Positions 9,269-16,983 of a stretch of 29,166 bases of DNA are shown here, piece after piece. The stretch's first letter is position 1; every line of letters begins with the position of its first letter. The stretch lies in IMG/VR virus record IMGVR_UViG_3300028198_000012, positions 1 to 29,166 of that record. One strand, given 5' to 3'. The notes below the pieces were generated by a model, which was not told where the DNA came from, did not search any database, and saw only the letters and a program-made list of their open reading frames with translations. Position numbers and translations under genes: made by a program. The DNA is from a virus. Its lineage: Duplodnaviria > Caudoviricetes.

Positions 9269-10918
9269 TTAAGACCAAATCCAAATATCCCCTGCTACTG
9301 TCCTCGAACCGGCGTGGTCTGATGTTTGTACATAAATCATTCCTCGTCTTGTAGCTGCATCAGTACCGAAATCACTTGGATTTTGTGTTGCTCCACCTTC
9401 CCAATCATCTGGGGGTGCTGCCGATTGTGAAACCGACACTAAATATTGTCGTGGTGTTGCTGTAGTTGCACTTCCTGAAGTATCATCAGCTGCTGTTAAT
9501 GCCCATCTTGATGCACTATCGTCATAGAAAAATGCTGAACCAATACCACCTGCTCCTGTGTTAGCAATAAGTCCAGAATCTCCACTCGTTGAACCACTTG
9601 CCACTATTATAAATCTGTCTGCAACTCTTAAATTAGTTGAATCTATTGTAGTCAATGTGCCATTCACATCCAAACTACCATTTACCGTTACATCACCAGT
9701 AGTTGTAATTGAATCTATATATGCATTTGCCCAATATAGTCCTGTTGTTCCTAAATCTCTTGCACTATCTGTAGATGGTACAAGTGCGGAATCAAATCGA
9801 CCCGTTGCTGTAATTGTATCACCCGTAGCGTCTCCTAAATCAACATCTCCTGTTGCAATCAAAGTTGTAAATTTACCAGTTGTATGTGAAGCTGCTCCAA
9901 TAGTAGTTCCGTCAATAGCCCCACTATCTATATCAACATTGGTCATTTCATGATTATTAAAATCTATTTCTACTGCTCCATCTCCACCCCAAGTAAGTTT
10001 ACCTGCGGCGTGTGTTAATGTTACATCACCACCATCTAAATTAATAACTCCACCACTACCTAAATGTAAATCATTCCATCCTTGAGAAGTTGTACCCAAA
10101 TCATAAGTTGCATCTGTGTTTGGTGTTAGGTTAGAACCAATATCTGCCCCAATAGTAATAAGATCAGTGTTGGCATCTCCAAATGTAAGGTCACCTTTTA
10201 TAATTGCGTCACCATGTACATTTAAGTATCCGAATGAACCCGATGAAGCGTGAGATCCTGATATTTGATTTGCACCAATATCAACCATAGATGCCGATAT
10301 ATGTAATTCTGTACCTGCTGCTATGGAAAGAATACTACCATCCGAAGAAATATGTTCTCCACCTTGGTCAAAGAAATAAAGTTTTCTATCATCAGCGACA
10401 CGGATAACTTCGTTACCTCCCTGTGTCTTAAATACTAAATCATCACTTGCTACTTTTAACTGAACATCGATTTGGCCGGCCGTTCCATCCATATCTATTG
10501 CTAACTGTGCAGTTCCTGCATCCTCAAACGATACATCTCCTGCTGCCGAATCAATTTTTATAGTAGTGGCTGCATCTAATAATATATCTGCTCCTGCTAC
10601 TAAATTAATATCTGCGTCATCTGATAATTTAAGATCAGTTCCATCATGTTGGATATAAGCATTAAAATTACCACCAAATCCTAATTTGTTGGTCGAATTA
10701 AGTGCTATTCCACTACCATCTGTATGTGTAAGAGTAGTATCTTGATCTGCTCCAAAGTTAATAACACTACTATCTGCCAAATATAAATCTGACCATTCAC
10801 TTTTTGCAGAACCTAATGTACCACCATCTGCTGTTACTGGTACTATATGTCCACTTGCTGATATGTCATTTAGTTCCGCAGTACTTCCAGATACTACGAC
10901 TTTTCTCCATTGAGCCAT
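9269..10918 (-). CDS. Tail fibre-like virion protein, paralogous to 3669-7859
   Basis: 549 aa. Shares GDLTxGDAxTD.I.IGADI.SNLTPN..ATYDLG....GWNDLHLG, NVDIDSGAIDGT.IGAAS and DLGDATGDTITATGRFDS with the long fibre. AGGAG RBS. Confidence 0.8.
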   Translation of the reverse strand: MAQWRKVVVSGSTAELNDISASGHIVPVTADGGTLGSAKSEWSDLYLADSSVINFGADQDTTLTHTDGSGIALNSTNKLGFGGNFNAYIQHDGTDLKLSDDADINLVAGADILLDAATTIKIDSAAGDVSFEDAGTAQLAIDMDGTAGQIDVQLKVASDDLVFKTQGGNEVIRVADDRKLYFFDQGGEHISSDGSILSIAAGTELHISASMVDIGANQISGSHASSGSFGYLNVHGDAIIKGDLTFGDANTDLITIGADIGSNLTPNTDATYDLGTTSQGWNDLHLGSGGVINLDGGDVTLTHAAGKLTWGGDGAVEIDFNNHEMTNVDIDSGAIDGTTIGAASHTTGKFTTLIATGDVDLGDATGDTITATGRFDSALVPSTDSARDLGTTGLYWANAYIDSITTTGDVTVNGSLDVNGTLTTIDSTNLRVADRFIIVASGSTSGDSGLIANTGAGGIGSAFFYDDSASRWALTAADDTSGSATTATPRQYLVSVSQSAAPPDDWEGGATQNPSDFGTDAATRRGMIYVQTSDHAGSRTVAGDIWIWS

Positions 10919-11008
10919 TACTGTTCTCCTATCGACGAACCTCTATAGTTCGTACTATTAATAAATATAATATTTCTAAATAATTCCACTTTTCTTCTAC
11001 TTAAATCT

Positions 11009-11944
11009 CTAAGAAACTTCATTTTCATACCCAAAGTAAAAGTCATCAGAACCAGAATAATATATTCCCCCAGCCGTGGCTGTAGGTGTTGTTGTTCTTG
11101 CTCCCAATATTGCTACTTTATTTTCAATTTTAAACATTAGTGCATCACTATTATCATAAATATCAAATCCACCACCAGTTGATTTCCAAAAGAAATCTGA
11201 ACCAGTTACACTTAATGCCCCTCCACTTTCATTCCAATTTGTACTTCCATAGGTCAAATCATCAGTTATTGACAATTCTCCAACTTCCAATCTTCCAAAT
11301 GACCCTGTTGAAGTAGCTGAACCACTTATGTTTCCACTAGCTAATGTAGATCCGACATACTGATATACCGTCATGTAAAGATAATCACTATTACCTGGGT
11401 CTACAGATGAATTAGTAAATTGTACTACCCCCGTTTTATAATCAAATGTATAATCATTAGTTGAAACAATATCATCACCATCTAATGAAGATGAATCTAA
11501 TGAAGTTGATTTAAGTAAGGTTGCTAAATATCCTGGTGTAGAATCTTCTGTCGTAGAAGTTGCCAATCCTGCTATTGAATATTTAGGTGATATAAAATTC
11601 ACCGTTTGGTCATCACTAATTAACTGAGCTCCAATTCCACTATCGCTACCCGTTGGGTCTAAAAAGAACCAAACTTCATTATTGGTATTTGATTTTGTCA
11701 ATCTTTGTCTATACCAATATTTCATTACAGATTTACCTTCAGTAGAATAAGTTGAATGTATTTGAGTACTTCCACTATAAGGTAATCCACTTGATGGTAT
11801 TAAATCAGCCTCTGTATATATCTCAGAAGCACCTAAATCTAATACCTCTGTAAACGATTCTTGTGAGGCGTTCAGGGTTTCGTGCGTATATCGTCGTGAC
11901 GCTAACAGTCGACTTGATTTTTTTTCTTTATCTAAGGCTGCCAT
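11009..11944 (-). CDS. Virion structural protein (tail/baseplate-associated)
   Basis: 311 aa, Ser/Thr/Gly-rich, with DYTFDYKTGVVQF and an ISGSATSTGSFG module. Late operon context. Confidence 0.7.
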   Translation of the reverse strand: MAALDKEKKSSRLLASRRYTHETLNASQESFTEVLDLGASEIYTEADLIPSSGLPYSGSTQIHSTYSTEGKSVMKYWYRQRLTKSNTNNEVWFFLDPTGSDSGIGAQLISDDQTVNFISPKYSIAGLATSTTEDSTPGYLATLLKSTSLDSSSLDGDDIVSTNDYTFDYKTGVVQFTNSSVDPGNSDYLYMTVYQYVGSTLASGNISGSATSTGSFGRLEVGELSITDDLTYGSTNWNESGGALSVTGSDFFWKSTGGGFDIYDNSDALMFKIENKVAILGARTTTPTATAGGIYYSGSDDFYFGYENEVS

Positions 11945-11953
11945 TTCTTATCT

Positions 11954-14773
11954 CTAACTAAAAGTTAATGTGATATCATCTATTGGTGTTGGATCACCCT
12001 TATATCTAACTATCACGTAAAGTTCGTTATCACTACTATCTAAATACATCCCATCTGCATTTCTTATTGGAACTGTATATGTTCCACTTGCTATACTACC
12101 ACCACTATTTCCATATAAACTAATTGCTGTACTAAATGGATTTTTAAAATTATCTGCTGATATATCTGCTTCAATTAAGTTACTTGTGGTTTTTACTGGG
12201 TCATAAATTCTTGCCGTTCCCAAAGAAGCATTATTACCACTACCATTACCAGAACTCTCAAATAATATTGCACAAGATATTCCGTTAGTAGTTGCGTTCC
12301 AAGCTATCAATGTAGTATTATTAAGATTAATCGTCATACTCGAATACGTACTGCCCGGTGTTTGGAATCTTCTTATATAATATTTGTATGTTCCACTACC
12401 AAAACTTGATGGATACCAATATCGATATGTACCACCTGGATCCACTAAAAATCCTGGCTTTACTTGTAAATCATAATCACCTAGCTGATTTCCACCTCCT
12501 GTTAATTGGTATGAGGTAGTCCACGCAGCTCCACTAAATGTTTGTACGTTATCTGCTAATTTTATTCTAAAATCTTCACCAGTAAATGTTTCAGTTGTGT
12601 CTTGTAAGGTATTTGAATCATACCCTTGAGCTCTACCATATATTCCTAAACTACCACTAGCTGATGTTTGTCCGAAATCTCCTGCCGTATGATAATTAAT
12701 TGTTTGTGTATCTAAAGTGGATTGTGAACTATTTCTATTTCTTGCTTTTGTGGCTACGGTAAATGTTGTATCGGTAAGAGTTGATGATTGTTGTATACTA
12801 TCTGAAGTTCCACTATCGTAACTAACTGATGCAGTAACTATTGCAATATCATCATATCTTGGAACTCCACTATTAACTGCGGTGCTTCCATCACTCTGAA
12901 AAACTTTACCACTTGTCTGAACCGTTCCACCATTTGTGGAAATTGTATCTCCACTTATCGAAACACTACCAACACCAACTGAACCTGCTGTCATATCTAC
13001 TAATGTGGTTGATGAAGGATACATCGGATTAAACAATCCTGTAATCTTTGTGGATACTTCAAATGTTGCATCTAATAAATACGGGACTCCACTTAAACTT
13101 CTTGAGGTAGCAGTTAATGCTTTATGAGTTGTTCCCGTATCATTTAATGAATTAGTTCCAATATCTGAATCTATTTGGTCTATTGGTGCCCAAAATCTAT
13201 TTTTATCAGTTCCACTTTTAAAATCATATACTGATTGAGAACCACTCTTAATTCCTACTGCCAAATCATGAAATTTATAGTAACCACTTGAAGATACACT
13301 CGTGATACTACCCGAAGTAGCGTGCCATTTTCTTGACAAAGAACCACTCATAGTAGAAGTTCCACCAACATTCTCAAATTTACCATCTTGATATGCTGCA
13401 GGTATAACTGCTGGGTTTGCCGTGTTTATTTTTGCCAACTCCACACCATTAGTTGTTCCAAAACTTGTCAGAGTTTCATCATAATAAGATTGTGTGGTAA
13501 ATTTATTAGATGACTCATCTGGTGAAGTATTTGTAGAAACATCACTAAAAGATTGTGTGGCCACTATTCTAATTCCAAATGTATTTGCATTTCCACTTGA
13601 TAATGAACCTAACCCAAACAATTCTGAATCAGCAGATGACGATGCTTGTGATGAACCTGCAGAATTAGAATCAAAATCTACATAATGTGTTCTACCATTA
13701 TCGTGATATACTGAAATACCACTAAAAACTGTTGCCCCAACACTCGTCCATCCTTTATGAACTAAATAATTTAAAGTTGTGTTACTTACAGAAGTATAAT
13801 TTGTTGGTAAATAACCATTAATTGAATCTGTTGAACCTAAACTATTTTCAAGTGTATCAATACTATTATAGTATAGATTATTTGGTGCTGCATCTGATAC
13901 ATCTAAAGAATGACTTAATATACCAGACATAAATCTTAAAATTTCACTTATATGAGTTGTATTATCAAAATTCTGAAAATAACTACCACTTAATCCATTA
14001 TCCCAAGTATTGGATGTTGGATAACCAACTTGCGTATTATTAGTGAATATTGCAGTTGATGAAGTTAATGGTGTGTTTACTTTTAAAGTTGAACCTGATA
14101 TAACTGCTGACCCAGTTACACTTAAACTGCCTGTAAATTCATGTCTATCATCTAAAGTATCACCGAATATATGTGAACCACTTGCAAAACTTTGTGTTAA
14201 ATACGTTACTGATGAAGAAACTATATAGGTTTCTGCTATTATATCTCCAGTAACTCTCATATCACCTAATACTCTACCACCAAGAGTTAAATTATCAGAT
14301 AAATTAAAAGAACCTGTCATTTCATGTTCATTATCTGATTTCAGTCTAAATTTTACATTAGAATCCGTTTCACCATCTATTCTAAAAAGTATGGTACTAT
14401 TAGCCCCATCATCATTAATATCTGCAGACATTGAAAGATGAGTATTTTTAGTATTAATATCACCGGCTGGTATCCACGTTATTCCATCATATATTTTTAC
14501 AATTCCATCTGAATTATTGTAAAACATCATACCTTTAGAATCAGTAGTCATTCCAGTTGGATCAGAAGAACCTGATGGTAACATCATACCTTTCTTATTA
14601 CCAAGTAGAACTGTAAATGAGGCAGATTCGTGTGCCCAAGTATCTGTTCCTACAGCTCCTGTATACGGAATCCCTGCTACTACTTGTTCGCTAACAAGTG
14701 ATTGACTTGACCCCGAAAGGCTGAATGAACCAGTAAACTTAGGATTTAATTGCTTGCTGTCTAATAAAGCCAT
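11954..14773 (-). CDS. Large Ser/Thr/Gly-rich virion protein
   Basis: 939 aa with SGSHIFGDTLDDRHEFTGSLSVTGS, a fibre-like segment. No catalytic motif recognised. Confidence 0.7.
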   Translation of the reverse strand: MALLDSKQLNPKFTGSFSLSGSSQSLVSEQVVAGIPYTGAVGTDTWAHESASFTVLLGNKKGMMLPSGSSDPTGMTTDSKGMMFYNNSDGIVKIYDGITWIPAGDINTKNTHLSMSADINDDGANSTILFRIDGETDSNVKFRLKSDNEHEMTGSFNLSDNLTLGGRVLGDMRVTGDIIAETYIVSSSVTYLTQSFASGSHIFGDTLDDRHEFTGSLSVTGSAVISGSTLKVNTPLTSSTAIFTNNTQVGYPTSNTWDNGLSGSYFQNFDNTTHISEILRFMSGILSHSLDVSDAAPNNLYYNSIDTLENSLGSTDSINGYLPTNYTSVSNTTLNYLVHKGWTSVGATVFSGISVYHDNGRTHYVDFDSNSAGSSQASSSADSELFGLGSLSSGNANTFGIRIVATQSFSDVSTNTSPDESSNKFTTQSYYDETLTSFGTTNGVELAKINTANPAVIPAAYQDGKFENVGGTSTMSGSLSRKWHATSGSITSVSSSGYYKFHDLAVGIKSGSQSVYDFKSGTDKNRFWAPIDQIDSDIGTNSLNDTGTTHKALTATSRSLSGVPYLLDATFEVSTKITGLFNPMYPSSTTLVDMTAGSVGVGSVSISGDTISTNGGTVQTSGKVFQSDGSTAVNSGVPRYDDIAIVTASVSYDSGTSDSIQQSSTLTDTTFTVATKARNRNSSQSTLDTQTINYHTAGDFGQTSASGSLGIYGRAQGYDSNTLQDTTETFTGEDFRIKLADNVQTFSGAAWTTSYQLTGGGNQLGDYDLQVKPGFLVDPGGTYRYWYPSSFGSGTYKYYIRRFQTPGSTYSSMTINLNNTTLIAWNATTNGISCAILFESSGNGSGNNASLGTARIYDPVKTTSNLIEADISADNFKNPFSTAISLYGNSGGSIASGTYTVPIRNADGMYLDSSDNELYVIVRYKGDPTPIDDITLTFS

Positions 14774-15026
14774 ATTCTTCTCGTTTTAGTCGTTTCCAAT
14801 ACATTTTCATCCCTATAGAAATTTGTTTCTTGTGTTGAATGGTTTTAGGTTGTTTCAATTTCTCAATCGTATCCATTGAAACTTTCCTATCTATTTGTGC
14901 ACAAGATTTACATACGGCATTGTTTCCTACAGCGCGGTCGAAAGCGTCCTTTCTTGTATAAGTAATCATTTTAGTACAATCTGGACACCTACGATTTTTT
15001 CTATGCTTCCAATGGCGTTTTCTCAT
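14739..15026 (-). CDS. Basic zinc-finger protein with NUMOD3-like segments (homing-endonuclease-type DNA-binding module, no nuclease)
   Basis: CPDC...CKSC followed by RKVSMDTIEKLK and KTIQHKKQISIGMK. The start is moved to ATG 15026 because the longer ORF would overlap the promoter motif at 15034-15041. Confidence 0.6.
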   Translation of the reverse strand: MRKRHWKHRKNRRCPDCTKMITYTRKDAFDRAVGNNAVCKSCAQIDRKVSMDTIEKLKQPKTIQHKKQISIGMKMYWKRLKREEYGFIRQQAIKS

Positions 15027-15080
15027 ATCGGTAATAAATATCACTTAACTGAAATAGTAGAAGAAAAGTGGAAACTAATT

Positions 15081-15125
15081 AAAATAAAGCTTGACTTATA
15101 TAGGTTTTATGTTGTATATTCAGTT
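15081..15125 (+). promoter_or_regulatory. Early-type promoter, copy 1
   Basis: A-rich UP element, TTGACT at 15091-15096, 18-nt spacer, TATATT at 15115-15120. Confidence 0.8.
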
Positions 15126-15162
15126 ATGATATGAGTTAATATAATGTCCAATTGATTAAATA

Positions 15163-15243
15163 AGCTCCTCCTGGGATACCAGGGTGTAGGGAGGCCCCTA
15201 ATCCGGGAAATACAGGTTCAGAGTGGTACAATCTACACAACCT
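15163..15243 (+). ncRNA. Candidate structured RNA or 5' leader
   Basis: GC-rich patch with hairpins CCTGG-GATA-CCAGG, TAGGG-AGGC-CCCTA and AGGTT...AACCT, between promoter copy 1 and the first island ORF. Confidence 0.45.
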
Positions 15244-15283
15244 AAACAAATAATAATCAATTAAATTAAACAAAGGAGACACT

Positions 15284-15457
15284 ATGTCTAAACTCAAACC
15301 AAAAAAACAATATACTATACAAACTACCGTTTATCGCGGTGGTCATCTAGTAAAATCTACAACCGTCAGTTACCCAGTCAAATGGGTCAACAGACATAAC
15401 TTGATTGAGGTCATAAATAACATGACCTCACTCAAAAATAATGAAAATAAAGCTTGA
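15284..15457 (+). CDS. 57-aa basic hypothetical protein (not in ORF track)
   Basis: AAGGAG RBS at 15273-15278, then MSKLKPKKQYTIQTTVYRGGHLVKSTTVSYPVKWVNRHNLIEVINNMTSLKNNENKA. The TGA stop overlaps the -35 box of promoter copy 2. Confidence 0.7.
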   Translation: MSKLKPKKQYTIQTTVYRGGHLVKSTTVSYPVKWVNRHNLIEVINNMTSLKNNENKA

Positions 15458-15508
15458 CTCGTATAGGCTTTTAGTTGTATATTAGAGTAACGAATAAAGG
15501 AATAAAAT
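15444..15508 (+). promoter_or_regulatory. Early-type promoter, copy 2, with leader and RBS
   Basis: TTGACT at 15454-15459, 18 nt, TATATT at 15478-15483, then AGAGTAACGAATAAAGGA and ATG at 15509. Confidence 0.85.
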
Positions 15509-15721
15509 ATGAGTTATGTTAAAAAAATGAAAATCACAAATGAAATCACCGGTGAGGTTATAAACACCACCGAAGATAAAATGAGAAGTGTAATGGGATA
15601 TGTAGAAATGTTAACCGATTCATTAGAACTATCAGATGAAACAGTTAAATCTCTTATCCCCCGGATGTTAAAGGGTGAATCTGTTAATTTAGAAGAAGTA
15701 ATGAAGTTGGAGGCCCGATAG
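15509..15721 (+). CDS. Hypothetical protein (early island)
   Basis: 70 aa directly behind promoter copy 2, with an AAGGA RBS. Confidence 0.75.
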   Translation: MSYVKKMKITNEITGEVINTTEDKMRSVMGYVEMLTDSLELSDETVKSLIPRMLKGESVNLEEVMKLEAR

Positions 15722-15725
15722 GATA

Positions 15726-15953
15726 ATGAATAAAGAAGAATATTATATTAGTGATTGGGATATGATGATGGATCAATGGCCAGATTGTCCTGTTGATGGT
15801 TGTAAAAATAAAATAAATTTAAATTTAAATAGTGGTAAATGTTTCCCACATTCCGAGGGAAGTTACCATTGGAAAAGTTTTAAGATTTTGTTTAAAAATA
15901 CATTTATAAATTCACCAAGACTTTTATGGAGAAAAATGAGAGAAATACAATGA
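15726..15953 (+). CDS. Hypothetical protein with possible Cys/His metal site
   Basis: 75 aa with CPVDGC...CFPH. GGAGG upstream; ATGA overlap with the next gene. Confidence 0.65.
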   Translation: MNKEEYYISDWDMMMDQWPDCPVDGCKNKINLNLNSGKCFPHSEGSYHWKSFKILFKNTFINSPRLLWRKMREIQ

Positions 15954-16318
15954 ACTTAAATGAATATATAATAGACGAATTCCCATCACCAGAATATGAT
16001 AGGAATTTTATAAATGACTTGGTTAATAATTACTCAGGTGATACCAATCCTAATGGTGATTTACTGGATAACATGGGGTTATATAACTATATATGGGAGT
16101 GTTTAGTCGCAATAGAACATCCAGGTACAGAATCTGCAGATACGGAGTCACTATTGGATGATTTAGATGACTTGGTATCTGATGTGAATGAAGCTGAGAA
16201 GGATAAAAAATATAAAGTAGTGCTAGCACCATCCTTTCCTGAGGAGTACCGCTCAGTATTTGAAGATATACTGGAAGATTGGGAAAAAGAAGATAAAAAA
16301 AGTGAAAAAAAGGCTTGA
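15950..16318 (+). CDS. Acidic hypothetical protein
   Basis: Probable start ATG 15950 (ATGA coupling). Rich in Asp/Glu. The TGA stop overlaps the -35 box of promoter copy 3. Confidence 0.75.
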   Translation: MNLNEYIIDEFPSPEYDRNFINDLVNNYSGDTNPNGDLLDNMGLYNYIWECLVAIEHPGTESADTESLLDDLDDLVSDVNEAEKDKKYKVVLAPSFPEEYRSVFEDILEDWEKEDKKSEKKA

Positions 16319-16370
16319 CTTGTATAGCTTTTATGTTGTATATTAGAGTAACGAATAAAGAAAGAAAATA
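16304..16370 (+). promoter_or_regulatory. Early-type promoter, copy 3, with leader
   Basis: TTGACT at 16315-16320, 18 nt, TATATT at 16339-16344, then AGAGTAACGAATAAAG identical to copy 2. ATG at 16371. Confidence 0.85.
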
Positions 16371-16628
16371 ATGTTAAACTTAATAAACTTAAAAAAAGAA
16401 CTCAGGAAATTAGATAGTCTTTCAGAACTGAACGATTTATCAACTTTCATTAATGAGTGTAAAACTATGTTGGGTAAATCTTCACTAAGTGTTGGAGATA
16501 ATGTCTTTGTGGTTCAGAAAACTAAAAAGACTCCAGGAGTTATCACTAAGATGAAGGTTAAGAAAGCCATTGTTGAGATGAGTGGTATGTTATATAATGT
16601 TCCATTAGCAATGTTAGAATTAGCCTAA
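16371..16628 (+). CDS. Hypothetical protein, possible SH3/KOW-like C-terminal barrel
   Basis: 85 aa. The pattern LSVGDNVFV...GVITKMKVKKAIVE...YNVP..ML suggests a small beta barrel. Confidence 0.7.
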   Translation: MLNLINLKKELRKLDSLSELNDLSTFINECKTMLGKSSLSVGDNVFVVQKTKKTPGVITKMKVKKAIVEMSGMLYNVPLAMLELA

Positions 16629-16629
16629 T

Positions 16630-16983
16630 ATGTATAAATTTATTAATGGAATTCAACCAAATCCAATCAAAGGTGATTTTGATGGGGCTATGGATAGATT
16701 ACTTGAAAATATTCATAAAGACTACGAAAAATGGCGTGGTGGTTATGAGAAATTAAACGAGAAACTATCATTAAAACCAGGTAGGAAATTTATAAAGGTT
16801 ATAAGAGGTGGTTCAGTTTGGGGATTTGTCGCTAAAACTGATGGTGTTCATAAAGGATTACCAATAAAATCTGGTGATGTATTAAAAGCCGCTGGTTGGA
16901 GTGCTCCCGCTAAACATACTCGTGGTAATATATTTGATAAGAATCAAGATTATTTTCAATGGACAGGACCCAATTATTTATAA
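16630..16983 (+). CDS. Conserved phage hypothetical protein
   Basis: GRKFIKV...SVWGFV...GDVLKAAGWSAPAKHTRGNI is a motif I recognise from uncharacterised proteins of aquatic phages. Function unknown. Confidence 0.75.
   Translation: MYKFINGIQPNPIKGDFDGAMDRLLENIHKDYEKWRGGYEKLNEKLSLKPGRKFIKVIRGGSVWGFVAKTDGVHKGLPIKSGDVLKAAGWSAPAKHTRGNIFDKNQDYFQWTGPNYL

Noticed and set aside
10935-10953. 6-bp hairpin ACGAAC/GTTCGT before the 10918 RBS
   Set aside because: Plausibly a 5' stabilising hairpin, but too short to support alone.
14895-15134. 79-aa plus-strand ORF
   Set aside because: It overlaps the Zn-finger gene antisense and runs through promoter copy 1, with no RBS.
15163-15243. tRNA, hammerhead or HDV/theta ribozyme identity for the GC-rich element
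   Set aside because: No T-loop or cloverleaf and no CUGAUGA core. An HDV-like nesting can be forced, but the L3 and P1.1 consensus does not fit. It is kept only as an unassigned structure.
15081-16370. Three spaced repeats considered as a CRISPR array or att sites
   Set aside because: Spacing is hundreds of nt, the intervals contain genes, and the repeats have promoter architecture. No cas or integrase gene is in the window.
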